Positions 29,755 through 40,301 of a stretch of 64,000 nt of DNA are shown piece after piece. Within the stretch, counting starts at the first letter, position 1. Every line of letters begins with the position of its first letter. Position numbers and translations under genes: made by a program. Under the pieces are notes generated by a model. The model was not told the origin of the DNA and searched no databases. It saw only the letters and a list, made by a program, of their open reading frames with translations. Source of the DNA: Candidatus Latescibacterota bacterium (GTDB lineage: Bacteria; Latescibacterota; UBA2968; UBA8231); NCBI GenBank assembly GCA_965261395.1, contig OZ253462.1, forward strand, positions 672,001 through 736,000. The letters run 5' to 3'.

Positions 29755-30786
29755 TTAACCCACTTTCAGCGGATACACCCAACAGGCGCTGCCGCCCAGT
29801 TCGCAGGGCGCGCCAAAGGGTTCGAGGCGGCCGATCTCGTCGATGCGGTAGGAGACCAGCCGCGTGGAGTCGTCGCCGCCGCCGTACATGAACTTGCCCT
29901 CGGGTTCAATGGCAAAGGGGCGAGGGGTGGCCTCGCCGGGCTGCTGCCCTAGCGAGCGAATCAGGCCGGTGTCTGGGTCAATGGCGAACATCGCGATGCT
30001 GTCGTGGCCTCGGTTGGAGGCGTAGATCGACTTGCCGGAGGGGTGGATGTGGAGCTGGGCGTTGCTGTTGTCTTCGCGGCCGGCGAAATCTTCCTCGGGC
30101 AGGGTCGATACGGTCTGCACCGCTTGTAGCGTGCCTTGGCTGGTGTCGAAGCGGTACACAGTGACGCTGGAGCCTTGCTCGTTATCGGCGTACACCACGT
30201 CGAGGTTGGGGTGAAACGCTAGGTGGCGCGGCCCTTCGCCGGATCCACAGGCCAGAATGGGTACGGCCGGGTTGGGGCTTAGTTTGCCGGTGTCGGCGTC
30301 AAAGAGGAATTGATAGATCGAATTGGCCGATTCGACATGGGGCACAAAGGCGTAGCGGTTGGAGGGATCGGTGGCAATGCAGTGGGCAAAGCGCTCGGTC
30401 TCGTAGGTATCGACAGCCGGGTCTTGTAGAGCACCATTGCTGCCGATGGCGTGGACCGTGGCCATGCCGCCGAGGTAGTAGGCGGCCAAAAGGAAGCGAC
30501 CCGTGCGGTCGGTGGACAAATAACAGGGCATGGCCGCCACCGACACTTCGCCGATGGGCGTCAAAGCTCCGGTGGCTGGATCAATGGTATAGCTGCCAAT
30601 GGCGTGCTCGTCGCCGCCTCCCAAGCCGACGTACAGGTATTGGCGCTTTGGGTCGGCGGCAACGGCAAAGCCGCTTTTGCCCAGGGCGATCTGGTGTTTG
30701 CGTTCGAGTTCGCCCGAATCGGCATCCATAGAAAAAACAAGCAATTGGTTGTCCGTCGAGATCGGCACGTACATGTAGTAGTTCAT
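29755..30786 (-). CDS. Lactonase family beta-propeller (6-phosphogluconolactonase-like)
   Basis: GEGPRHLAFHP, YASNRGHDSIA, PRPFAI. Confidence 0.9.
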   Translation of the reverse strand: MNYYMYVPISTDNQLLVFSMDADSGELERKHQIALGKSGFAVAADPKRQYLYVGLGGGDEHAIGSYTIDPATGALTPIGEVSVAAMPCYLSTDRTGRFLLAAYYLGGMATVHAIGSNGALQDPAVDTYETERFAHCIATDPSNRYAFVPHVESANSIYQFLFDADTGKLSPNPAVPILACGSGEGPRHLAFHPNLDVVYADNEQGSSVTVYRFDTSQGTLQAVQTVSTLPEEDFAGREDNSNAQLHIHPSGKSIYASNRGHDSIAMFAIDPDTGLIRSLGQQPGEATPRPFAIEPEGKFMYGGGDDSTRLVSYRIDEIGRLEPFGAPCELGGSACWVYPLKVG

Positions 30787-30894
30787 GGTGTGATAGTCCT
30801 CTCTTCTTTAGGTTTGCCCAAGGTGGGCGAGTGAATTGCCTGATAAACTATGCTGCGCAGGCTACCGGACCAACCTAACCCCCTGGAGGAAACT

Positions 30895-32463
30895 ATGACA
30901 GAGCGAACGGCCGCGCCCAACTACGGCATCATGTACAACTGGGACGGTGCGCCCCACGGCTACAGCGAATACCCCCAATCGCTGGCGCAGTTCCTCGACA
31001 AGGTGTACGCGCCGCTGGCAGATACTCAGGTGGGGGCCTTGTGCTGGTGCGTGGGCGTCCACGAAGTGCCTTGGCCGTCGCAGCAATTGGATATGGTCGG
31101 CGCATCGACCGAGCGGCGCTACGATTCAGTGCAGACTATGCGCCACACCGAAAACATCCGCGCCTTTTTCGAGCGGGGGGACGATTTGTACGGGGCACTG
31201 GTGCAGCACGGGCGCGAACTGGGCATGGCGGTGCTGCCGTCGCTGCGCATGAACGACAACCACTTCTGGGATTTGCGCCCGGGGGATTTGGGCAGCTTGC
31301 AACGGTCCGAGCTGACGCCGCTGCGGCAACAGCATCCCGAGTGGCTTTTGGGCGAGGAGCAGGCACCGGGCTGGGCCTCGACTTCGTGGAATATGGCCAT
31401 CCCCCAAGTGCGGACGTACGTCTTGCAGCGCGTCGTCGAAGCCTGCCGCTTGGCCGACTGGGATGGCGTCGAATTGGATTGGCAGCGGCACGCCTTTCAC
31501 TTGCCAGCCGACGATGCGTACCGCTTGCGCTACGTTTTGACTGATCTCATGCGGGCCGTGCGGGCGCAGACCGACCAGATCGCCCAAGAACGGGGTCAGC
31601 CCTTTCACGTGGCCGTGCGGGTGGCCACGACCTTTGAAGCCTGCCGCCGCATTGGCTACGATGTCGAGACTTGGGTGCGGGATGGCTTGTGCGATGTGGT
31701 TATCAGTGGCGGCAATTCGGGGACCGATCCTGGGGCCGAGGTCGAGCGTTTTGTCGAGTTGTGCCGTCCCCACGGCGTGCGCTTCTACGCTGGCTTTGAC
31801 TCGGACGGACGGCAACAGGCGCGGCGCTTGCGGCCTCATGGAGCGTGGCGGGTGGATTGGTTCCGCGGCTTGGCCCAAGACCAACTAGCGCGCGGGGCGG
31901 ACGGAGTGTACGCGTTCAACTGGCACGGCCATGCCCAGACGCACCGACCGTTGCTCACTACCATGGGGGCGGCAGCAACACTGGCTGGCCTAGACAAAGT
32001 GTACACCGCCCTGCATCGCAGCATTGGCCCCAAGACCGGGAACCGAGCAGATGCCGAGCGCGACGATCGCCTGTACGGCGAGGTGCCAGTGACGCTCTAT
32101 CCCACGCTGACGGACAGTGGGCCGATCTTCCACGTCCGCGTCGGCGACGAGGTCGAGACCGAGGGTCAGTTGGCTGCCGCCGAGTTGCAGATCGAAATGG
32201 CCCATTGGTCGCCCGCCGATCAGATCGAGGTGGTGTTGGACGGGGTCGCATTGGCAGCGCCAGTGGTGCGCGATGCTGCGGCTGAAGATGCGGCCGATCC
32301 GGGCGATGTGTCAGAGAACGCTTGGCTTTGCTGGCGCTTGACCGCAGCACAGGTGAGGCGCGGCGTTCACCAAGTCCGGCTGCGGCTGCTAGAGCGAGAT
32401 GAGCGGTTGCGGGTGCCCTTGCGGGTCGAACACGTGGAAATCTATTTGCAGTACCGCCGATAG
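30895..32463 (+). CDS. Glycoside hydrolase-like TIM-barrel protein (GHL10/DUF187-like)
   Basis: YNWDG, SLRMNDNH, HPEW, DGVELDWQR, GADGVYAFN. Confidence 0.65.
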   Translation: MTERTAAPNYGIMYNWDGAPHGYSEYPQSLAQFLDKVYAPLADTQVGALCWCVGVHEVPWPSQQLDMVGASTERRYDSVQTMRHTENIRAFFERGDDLYGALVQHGRELGMAVLPSLRMNDNHFWDLRPGDLGSLQRSELTPLRQQHPEWLLGEEQAPGWASTSWNMAIPQVRTYVLQRVVEACRLADWDGVELDWQRHAFHLPADDAYRLRYVLTDLMRAVRAQTDQIAQERGQPFHVAVRVATTFEACRRIGYDVETWVRDGLCDVVISGGNSGTDPGAEVERFVELCRPHGVRFYAGFDSDGRQQARRLRPHGAWRVDWFRGLAQDQLARGADGVYAFNWHGHAQTHRPLLTTMGAAATLAGLDKVYTALHRSIGPKTGNRADAERDDRLYGEVPVTLYPTLTDSGPIFHVRVGDEVETEGQLAAAELQIEMAHWSPADQIEVVLDGVALAAPVVRDAAAEDAADPGDVSENAWLCWRLTAAQVRRGVHQVRLRLLERDERLRVPLRVEHVEIYLQYRR

Positions 32464-32497
32464 CTCCCCTCTAAAAACAAAAGGTAAAGAGAAGATT

Positions 32498-32671
32498 ATG
32501 AAGAAGGTTGAGACTGAGATGGACGACGAACTTCGTTCGGAATACGATTTGAAGAGTTTACAGGTGAGACAGGTTGGCCCTAAGCGAAAGAATTTCAGGA
32601 AACGATCTGTCCAGTTGGAACCAGATGTCGATGCGATTTTTCCAGACCGAAATTTTGAGGAAGCCTCATGA
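32498..32671 (+). pseudogene. Truncated BrnA-like antitoxin remnant
   Basis: DDELRSEYDL...VQLEPDVDAIFPD, lacking the usual C-terminal VNEALR helix; AT-rich; no toxin gene alongside. Confidence 0.55.
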
Positions 32672-33921
32672 AAGTCACTAAGATAGAAGTACACGAAATC
32701 AGCCTAGAGTACCAAGACTGGATCGCCTATCCGGTCAGCCACTACCAAGGCGTGAACCGGCGCACGGTGTACGTGGTCCACACCGATACCGGTCTGATCG
32801 GCCTAGGCGAGAGCGGCCGCACCGAGCCGCAGGAAGTAATCGACCAGTACCTGGGTAGCAATCCCTTTGAATGGATGGGCGACGAAGTCTCCATCGGGCT
32901 GGGTACGGCCATGTACGATTTGATGGGCCAAGCCGCGGGCGTGCCGGTGTACAAGTTCTTCGGCCAAAAGTACCGCTCGTGGGTGCCAGTGGGCAGTTGG
33001 ACCGTGTCGAGTGCCCCTAAGCACATGGCCGAGGCCGTGGAGCGCTACGCCGCCCAAGGATACACTTGGCTCAAGTTCCATCTGTCGCCCTTTGAGAATG
33101 TCTTCGACCAGACCGAGGCCATGCAGGCCGTGGCCCCGCCCGGGTTCAAGATCCACTACGATTTCACCGGCGGCGGCACCAATGACTACATGCCGGATCT
33201 GCTGGCTAGGTTGGCCCAATATCCCATTGCCGGCTGCTTTGAAGATTCGCTCGATGCCGGCGACACCTTGGCGTCGATTGACTTGCGCCGGCGCATTCCC
33301 CTACCCATCGTGCGCCATCAAGCACCGCTGAACGCTACGTACGAGGTGCTGATGGGAGCGGGAGATGTGTACATGCGCGGCCACCAGAAATTCGGTGAGG
33401 CGATCCGCGCCGCCGGGCTGTTCGCCGCTGGCAATATACCGTTCATGTTGCAAAACGTGGGCGGCTCGATTACCCGGGCCATGGTTTGCCATATGATGGC
33501 GGCCTTCCCCTCCGCCACCTTTCACTTTGTCGATAGCAGCGAAACTCTCAAGGACGAGGTAGTGCACGAGCGTCTGGAGCCGGTCAATGGACTTATTCGC
33601 GTGCCGGAAAAGCCGGGCTTGGGCCTGACTCTGGACCGCGACGAGTTGGAAAGGCTAAAGAACCGGGAATTGCCACCCATCAAGCCGTGGATCGTCAAAT
33701 CGCAATTCGCCAATGGGACGCGGATGTACAACAGATACGACCCCCTGACGACGCGCCATTTCCTAGTCCGGCCCGACTGGACCCGAGGCGGGCTGCCCCA
33801 TAGCTACGCCGCGCCCATTGAGACCGAGTACTGGGACGACGACGGTACGCCTGAATTCGCCCAGATGATGGCGCGATTGGTGGAGGAGGGGATGGTGTTG
33901 GAGCCCCCAAGTTCCGTATGA
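32668..33921 (+). CDS. Mandelate racemase/muconate lactonizing (enolase superfamily) protein
   Basis: VHTDTGLIGLGE, AMYDLMGQAAGVPVYK, WLKFH, FED, VPEKPGLG. Confidence 0.85.
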   Translation: MKVTKIEVHEISLEYQDWIAYPVSHYQGVNRRTVYVVHTDTGLIGLGESGRTEPQEVIDQYLGSNPFEWMGDEVSIGLGTAMYDLMGQAAGVPVYKFFGQKYRSWVPVGSWTVSSAPKHMAEAVERYAAQGYTWLKFHLSPFENVFDQTEAMQAVAPPGFKIHYDFTGGGTNDYMPDLLARLAQYPIAGCFEDSLDAGDTLASIDLRRRIPLPIVRHQAPLNATYEVLMGAGDVYMRGHQKFGEAIRAAGLFAAGNIPFMLQNVGGSITRAMVCHMMAAFPSATFHFVDSSETLKDEVVHERLEPVNGLIRVPEKPGLGLTLDRDELERLKNRELPPIKPWIVKSQFANGTRMYNRYDPLTTRHFLVRPDWTRGGLPHSYAAPIETEYWDDDGTPEFAQMMARLVEEGMVLEPPSSV

Positions 33922-33979
33922 CGGTAGGAGGCCGGGCGGACTGGCCACGAACTTATTGGCAGATCAACGCCCCCATTCA

Positions 33980-35551
33980 TTACACCTTGCGCTCGGAAGG
34001 CCCCAAGTCTGGATCGACATAAGCGCGGTGAAAATTCCTGCCCTTCAGGTATTTGGTCTCCAACTCGACATCGGTCAGGGTGCAGAAGGGATCGGCCAAA
34101 TCCGCGTCGCGCTCCAACAGCGTCACTTCAATGCGGTTTTTCCCCCGCACCGGCCAGTGCGCCGCGTCCAATTTGAAAATGTGCCAGTACCCGCCCATCA
34201 CCCGGTAGCGCGGGCCGTCCATGTTGTAGAGCGAATTGATCTTGCGCAGCAGATCGTCGGGCAAAATTTGACCATTGAGCGCAAATTGGATGCGATCAGT
34301 CTCGACATTGCCGTGGATGCGGAAACGCAGCAAAACCTCGTGGACGCGGTCGAACTCCCCCCATTTTTGCAGGTCATCGGCAATGGTCAATGCCAATTCG
34401 ACGGGTTGGTTCAGATTCAATTGACGTGGTAGCGGATTAGGACGGCTGACCGGCAGCCCCCCCTCGGTGGCGGTAGGCAAGAAGTAGTATTTGTCCTTGG
34501 CCGCCATAATGCTGGGGTAGGGCAGTTCCCTGAGCTTTTCATAAAAGGACGCCTCGTACGGCCACAAGTGGAACCACTCGGAGACGTACAGGCCGTCAAC
34601 GCCCTGATCCCAAAAATTGCAGACCGCGGCCCGTAGCATGGACAGGGGCGCGTCGAGCAGGCGGTCGGAAAAGACCATGCTGTTTAAGGGGGCCAATAGG
34701 CGGCAGGACGTCCCTTGGGTGAGGCCGATGAATTCGGCGTAGTCGGCCTGCATTTTCAGGCGGTAATTCTCGCCGAAACTTTCCGTTACAATAACATCAA
34801 CCAGACCCCGTTTGACCCATTCCTCGGGATCGAGTCCGGCGCGGGCGCAATCGTCCAAGCGGTCGGGAATGTGCACCACCAGTTCTTTGTCGGGGCCGCT
34901 TTGTTTTACCGCTTCGTGGACCCGGCCGATCCAGTCGGTCATCAGGGCGCGCCCAGCGTCGATTTCGTCGGGGTGAAAGAAATAGGGCATTTGGTTGAGC
35001 TGCAGTTCAAAGCCGTCGGCCGGATACTCGCCCATCACTTCTTCGACAATGGCAAAGCGTTCGTCGCGGACCTCCGGGTGCTTGAAGTCGAGGCCGTCAA
35101 AGCCGGGGTAGTCCGGGTCGAGATTGCCGGCCGCGCCAATTTCAAGATGCTGGTTCTCAATGCGGAAATTGGAGCAGCGCACCGAGGCGTGGTCAACGCC
35201 GCCGCGCTGCACGATTAGGGTGGGATACACCTCGATGCCCAACTCGTGGGCTCGGTCGCAGACCAAGCGCAGGGGATCGTGGCCAGCGTCGATGAGAGAC
35301 TGGGCGTTTTGCCAAGCGCGGCGAAAGACGTGGTGATCCCAAACCTCGACATTGTGCCCCATCAACTCGCCGGCCCGGGTGTCGTGCAGCATGGTGCGGC
35401 CCTCGCCCAAGCAGAAGGCGATGGCTTCGACCGTGGTGCCGGCCAATTCATCGACCAAGGCGATGTATTCCTCGGGGGCCATGGGCGGCTCGTAGCGATA
35501 GATGTGGGGATGCCGGCCGTCGTGGTAGTACATGATTTTGGGTTGGTTCAT
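33980..35551 (-). CDS. Glycoside hydrolase-like TIM-barrel protein (GHL10/DUF187-like)
   Basis: YYHDG, LDFKHPEVR, ADGFEL, GVDGLY; similar layout to 30895-32463. Confidence 0.65.
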   Translation of the reverse strand: MNQPKIMYYHDGRHPHIYRYEPPMAPEEYIALVDELAGTTVEAIAFCLGEGRTMLHDTRAGELMGHNVEVWDHHVFRRAWQNAQSLIDAGHDPLRLVCDRAHELGIEVYPTLIVQRGGVDHASVRCSNFRIENQHLEIGAAGNLDPDYPGFDGLDFKHPEVRDERFAIVEEVMGEYPADGFELQLNQMPYFFHPDEIDAGRALMTDWIGRVHEAVKQSGPDKELVVHIPDRLDDCARAGLDPEEWVKRGLVDVIVTESFGENYRLKMQADYAEFIGLTQGTSCRLLAPLNSMVFSDRLLDAPLSMLRAAVCNFWDQGVDGLYVSEWFHLWPYEASFYEKLRELPYPSIMAAKDKYYFLPTATEGGLPVSRPNPLPRQLNLNQPVELALTIADDLQKWGEFDRVHEVLLRFRIHGNVETDRIQFALNGQILPDDLLRKINSLYNMDGPRYRVMGGYWHIFKLDAAHWPVRGKNRIEVTLLERDADLADPFCTLTDVELETKYLKGRNFHRAYVDPDLGPSERKV

Positions 35552-35608
35552 GGCGCGATCCTTTTCGTTAGAGATGCCCGGCCCTGCGCAAAAAAGCGGG
35601 CCGATCCC

Positions 35609-36502
35609 TCAACGGACATCAACGCCCACCTTTTGCGCCAACTCTTGAATGTAATTGCACGCCCGAGTGTTTTCCCAGTCTGTGTCGGGGTAATTGACGT
35701 ACACCGGCGAGGCGACCGTGCCCGAAACGCCGACATCCCGGTAGTGCTCTATGGTGAGCAGCACGTCCGCGTCGAGTTCGCCCAGGCGTTTCAGATAGGT
35801 CTCGTAGTCGAGCTCGCCCATCCCTAGGGGCACCTCGTCGAGTTTGATCACCCAGTGGGAAGTATCCAAAGACACATCCTTGGCGTGGGCCGCGATAATG
35901 TCCGGGCCCAGCAAATCGAAGGTATAATCGAGGAAGGCCGTGGTATTGTAATAGGTCCGGTGGGTGGTCATATTGACCGGATCGAGGATCACTTTGAGCC
36001 TCGGCGAGGCCACGTCGTCGAGCAGGCGGCGCAGTTGCGCGGGCGCATCGAGCGGCCCGCGATTGCCGGGATGGACACCCAGATCGACGCCTAGGTCTTC
36101 GGCTTCGGCCACCACTTCGGCCATGCCTTGCACCAGCCGGTGCCAGACTTCGTCGGACCACAGGTCGCCTTCTTCGGGACCGTTGGCAATGACGCTGACG
36201 CCGACGCAGTGGGCTTTGAGGGCGCAGGCGGCGCGCAAGCCTTGGGACAAGGATTCGCTGGCTTCTCGACGGATATTGGGATCGGGGCTGGCTAGAGGCC
36301 ATCCACAGTGGTACAGGGTGACCTCGCCGACAAAGCAGCCCTGTGTTTCGACCGCGGCTCGGCACGACTGCCACTGTTCCGGGTGCCAGTTGTGCGCGGC
36401 GATATGGCCGATTCCTTTGACGCCTATGCGGGCTAGACGCTGCAAGGTTTCGTCGATGTTGTCGGGGTTGACGCCGCTCCAGAATGCCACACCTAAGCGC
36501 AT
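35609..36502 (-). CDS. Sugar phosphate isomerase/epimerase
   Basis: LDPVN, AHAKD, GMGELDY, TIEH; start reassigned to MRLGVAF at 36502. Confidence 0.85.
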   Translation of the reverse strand: MRLGVAFWSGVNPDNIDETLQRLARIGVKGIGHIAAHNWHPEQWQSCRAAVETQGCFVGEVTLYHCGWPLASPDPNIRREASESLSQGLRAACALKAHCVGVSVIANGPEEGDLWSDEVWHRLVQGMAEVVAEAEDLGVDLGVHPGNRGPLDAPAQLRRLLDDVASPRLKVILDPVNMTTHRTYYNTTAFLDYTFDLLGPDIIAAHAKDVSLDTSHWVIKLDEVPLGMGELDYETYLKRLGELDADVLLTIEHYRDVGVSGTVASPVYVNYPDTDWENTRACNYIQELAQKVGVDVR

Positions 36503-36753
36503 GGTTGTACTCCCTGTTGGATTCGGGGCTAATATTGGGCGATTGGCCGCCGTGGACAAGCGGTCGGTGCGACTGCGACTAGGAGATCGCGGCGTTTGAC
36601 TTTCTGCGCGAAAATATCTTGAATACCGGATTGCCCTCAGCGCACTAGGTGCTCTGCGGACAAATTGCATTTTCGCTGGGTAGCCCGCGTGGTTGCCCAG
36701 TATCTATGGACTATCGAACCAAAAAAAACCAGTGAAGAAGGAGAATTGAATCC

Positions 36754-37593
36754 ATGAGCGAGTCGAAGAGTGATGCAACATATACGATGGGACGCACCCA
36801 AGGGGAAGAGGATCGTCTAATTCAGCAGTCGCAACTGTACGACGCCGTGACGCGGCGTTTCTTTAGAGCGGCGGGCATCAGCAGCGGGATGAAGGTGCTC
36901 GACATTGGCAGCGGCACCGGGGATGTGGCCCTGACAGCCGCCGAGTTGGTCGGTCCAGCAGGGGCCGTCGTGGGCGTGGATGTAAATCCGGCGATTCTCA
37001 AAACGGCGCAGGCACGGGCACAGGTAGCCGGGTTTACCAACGTCGAATTCGTCGCGGGGGACGCCCGGACTCTAGACCTAGGAAACGACTTCGACGCCCT
37101 AACCGGCCGGCTAGTCCTCATGTACATGGCCGATCCCGCCGACGCCCTGAAACAGCTCGCGACCCGCCTGCGCCCAGGAGGGATCGTAGCCTTTCAGGAG
37201 GCTGATTTCACCCCCTATCAGCAAATGCCTCACTCTCCAGATACGCCCCTCGCAAACGAGCTGATCGGTTGGATCCTCGAAGTATTCGAGCGTTCTGGGG
37301 CGCATATTGACATGGGCTTCGGCCTGTACCGGGCTTTCGTCGAGGCGGGTCTGCCCGAGCCGTACATGCATTGCGAGTATCCGGTCGGCGGTCCGGAGGG
37401 CTGGGCCGGATACTCATACGCTGCCAACAGCTTGCGCAGCGTACTCCCACTCCTCGAAGATTACGGGATCGCCACGGCGGAAGAGCTTGATGTGGACACC
37501 CTAGCCGAGCGGGTTCGGCAAGAAGTGGTGACGTCGAAACGCCCGATTCGCTTAGCGCCCCATGTAACCGCTTGGGCACAGCTTGCGAGCTAA
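36754..37593 (+). CDS. Class I SAM-dependent methyltransferase
   Basis: VLDIGSGTG, VGVD, GDA, LRPGG. Confidence 0.9.
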   Translation: MSESKSDATYTMGRTQGEEDRLIQQSQLYDAVTRRFFRAAGISSGMKVLDIGSGTGDVALTAAELVGPAGAVVGVDVNPAILKTAQARAQVAGFTNVEFVAGDARTLDLGNDFDALTGRLVLMYMADPADALKQLATRLRPGGIVAFQEADFTPYQQMPHSPDTPLANELIGWILEVFERSGAHIDMGFGLYRAFVEAGLPEPYMHCEYPVGGPEGWAGYSYAANSLRSVLPLLEDYGIATAEELDVDTLAERVRQEVVTSKRPIRLAPHVTAWAQLAS

Positions 37594-37746
37594 CCTTCCC
37601 GGCGGCCTGCGTCCGGCTACAAAAGCCATCGGCGCAGGCCGCGTCAAGATCAACGCCTTCCTTGTTCTACATAAATAAGTCGGTTGACCCGCCTTGGCTG
37701 TCGATTTTTCGCTACGTAATTGATCGGTATTGCTTTGGGAGAAGAC

Positions 37747-39141
37747 ATGTACGAATACCGTATACACCAAGACGCTATTTCCAACTTCGATAGTAAAGCT
37801 TTATCTATAGTTGAAAGGGTCTCTTTCACACCACATGGGGTTGATAGACAACCAATTCATGGAACTGTAATAGAAAATTCAGGTACTGAACGACCTCAAC
37901 CATCTGGACCTGATTTCCATGTGTCTGGTGTGATTACGGAATCAGACATCGTAGGTGAGGTGGACATAGGGCAGGTGGATGGAGATGGAAATAGAATTTC
38001 GTACCAGTGGTACGATGAGCCCGGCCAGTTCAGTATATCAGAGCATAACTACTCAGATGTCCGAGGCCTCGCCGCTCAACTCTTGAAAAACCAAGATATA
38101 GATTCTGCTATCTCACGCGAGACGGTAGAAGGACTTATCTGTAGGTGGGTACGCCAATTTTATACGAAAATCACCAAACAGAGTTTTATTGAATTTTTTC
38201 GTGCGGAAGCAGAAAAATGTGTTTGCAAGCTTCAAGTTTGGGCACCGATTCGTAGTTTGTGCATACAAAAGGCATTCAAACTCGGCGTGGTAACTTTCGT
38301 GCCCATAGGCCGAACTCGGATTGATGAATGGGAAAGACAATCGCTCGTAAAAGCGAAAGAACACAAAGAGTCGATCAAACAATATTTCGAGAATGAAGTG
38401 CGGCCAGTTCAAGGGTACACCGCAGCAGTAATGGAAGTTACTGCTGAGCAAAAAAAGGCACATGGCCTTCTACTTGATGAGGCCAATAAGGCACTAGGCT
38501 TGGTTAGGGTATTCACACCCTCATCCTTGCTTCCGAGTGAGACTTCTTCCTGTGTTCTATGGGGTACTGGACATATCGACCAATCGTTTATCTTCACAGT
38601 CTCTGACGGAAAGTTTGAAGGCTCTCAAAAAGGGTTTCTTGGCCCTAGTAATCAACCTGTAATACTGAGTTCTGAGATCATCGATAACAGCTTTCATCTC
38701 GGTTTGCATCGCCTACATGAAATGTTAGTTTCAAACAGTAGATCTGATTTAGAAGAAGCGGTACTCGAAGCCGTTCTACTATACTCAAGATGCACCATAG
38801 CAAAAGAGCCTACTGATAAACTCGTCTACATCCTCGTAGGCCTAGAAAGCATACTTCTTAAAGATTCGAATGAGCCAATTACGCAGAATTTGTCTGATAG
38901 AATAGCATTCCTCGTAGGTCGCAATTTGCAACAAAGAAAAGATATAGTGCAGTCTACTAAAAAGGCCTACAAATTGCGTTCCGATTTCGTTCATCATGGT
39001 GCTTCGATTGAATCCCTAGAGATTCTTCGAAAATTTATGGAGATCGCATGGCGTGTGATACTAGCACTGATTGGCTCTACTAGTCAACTGAGAACACGCC
39101 AGGAGCTTCTAGATCATCTGGATGACAAACGGCTTTCGTGA
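37747..39141 (+). CDS. HEPN-domain protein (ApeA-like), putative defence RNase
   Basis: Low-GC ORF; C-terminal GLESIL...LSDRIAFL...AYKLRSDFVHHG (Rx4H). Confidence 0.75.
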   Translation: MYEYRIHQDAISNFDSKALSIVERVSFTPHGVDRQPIHGTVIENSGTERPQPSGPDFHVSGVITESDIVGEVDIGQVDGDGNRISYQWYDEPGQFSISEHNYSDVRGLAAQLLKNQDIDSAISRETVEGLICRWVRQFYTKITKQSFIEFFRAEAEKCVCKLQVWAPIRSLCIQKAFKLGVVTFVPIGRTRIDEWERQSLVKAKEHKESIKQYFENEVRPVQGYTAAVMEVTAEQKKAHGLLLDEANKALGLVRVFTPSSLLPSETSSCVLWGTGHIDQSFIFTVSDGKFEGSQKGFLGPSNQPVILSSEIIDNSFHLGLHRLHEMLVSNSRSDLEEAVLEAVLLYSRCTIAKEPTDKLVYILVGLESILLKDSNEPITQNLSDRIAFLVGRNLQQRKDIVQSTKKAYKLRSDFVHHGASIESLEILRKFMEIAWRVILALIGSTSQLRTRQELLDHLDDKRLS

Positions 39142-39292
39142 ATTAAGAATACAAACTTCGGCCAATACTATACTTCTGAGTAATACCAGCTCAACACAGC
39201 TTCGGGAGCAAACCACACGGTCAGGAGACCTCACTGTTTAAGCTTGGTCTGACTAGCTCCGAACCGGATACACGAAGTTTGAACAGCGGGGC

Positions 39293-39321
39293 TTGACGGT
39301 GTACTGAGGGTACGATATTGT
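39293..39321 (+). promoter_or_regulatory. Sigma70-type promoter candidate
   Basis: TTGACG, 17-bp spacer, TATTGT, upstream of ATG 39402. Confidence 0.4.
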
Positions 39322-39401
39322 TGCACACGACAGGCTTCTTGGATGAATCTGAGCTGAACACAAAAAGCGAGATATTTTCTTTTAGAACGGATTAGAACAA
39401 T

Positions 39402-40301
39402 ATGATAACTGACCTTTTCTCGAAACGGCAGAAACGGAATCGAGGCGAAGTTCCTGACGTGTACCAGTACGAGACCATTCCTCCTGAATTACGGATTCAG
39501 ATTTTCCAAATCTGGACAGATGCCTTTGGGGATACTAGCACGAGAGGTGCCGTCAGTGCATACGGGTATATCAACAAAGTGCTGTGTCGTGAGTATGGCA
39601 TGCTTACACTTACTGAATATAGTGATTCCTATTTTGAGTCAGTCTCCAAATTCTTCCTCCAGACAGAGGATACAGAAAAGATAGTTGATATCATTGAGCT
39701 TTTATTCCAGTATATAGATAAATATCTCCGTGGCTACACTCCTGAATTCAGTAATCAGGAAGTATCACCCGATGAGGCGATTGATGAATTAAATTATCGG
39801 TTCCGCGAACACGGCGTGGGGTATCAATACGAATCCGGTCAAATAATCCGAGTTGATTCTCAGTTCATCCACTCTGAAGTGGTGCGACCTGCGCTGAATA
39901 TGCTTTCTGCTCCAATGTACGAAGGAGCGAATGCGGAATTTTTGAGTGCGCACGAGCATTATCGATCAAAGAGGTACAAAGAATGCCTGAACGACTGTCT
40001 CAAAGCATTCGAGAGTTGCATTAAAGCGATTTGCAAAAAGAGGAAGTGGGGCTATAATGAAAAAGATACTGCTAGTCGTCTAATTGAGATCGTGTTCTCT
40101 AACGATCTAATTCCACCTTTCATGCAATCACACTTTTCGGCACTAAGGAACACGTTGACGGATGGAATTCCTACTGTTCGCAATCGCCTGTCGGGACATG
40201 GACAGGGGTCAGAAGAAGTCGCTGTTCCAGAATACATAGCCGCATACGCACTTCACTTGACTGCATCAAATATTCTCTTGTTGGCGAGAGCTGACGAGTA
40301 A
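39402..40301 (+). CDS. AbiJ-related (STM4504/CBY_0614-like) abortive-infection protein with C-terminal HEPN
   Basis: DLFSKRQK..RGEVPDVYQY, ELNYRFREHGVGYQY, KAFES, VRNRLSGHGQG (Rx5H). Confidence 0.8.
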   Translation: MITDLFSKRQKRNRGEVPDVYQYETIPPELRIQIFQIWTDAFGDTSTRGAVSAYGYINKVLCREYGMLTLTEYSDSYFESVSKFFLQTEDTEKIVDIIELLFQYIDKYLRGYTPEFSNQEVSPDEAIDELNYRFREHGVGYQYESGQIIRVDSQFIHSEVVRPALNMLSAPMYEGANAEFLSAHEHYRSKRYKECLNDCLKAFESCIKAICKKRKWGYNEKDTASRLIEIVFSNDLIPPFMQSHFSALRNTLTDGIPTVRNRLSGHGQGSEEVAVPEYIAAYALHLTASNILLLARADE

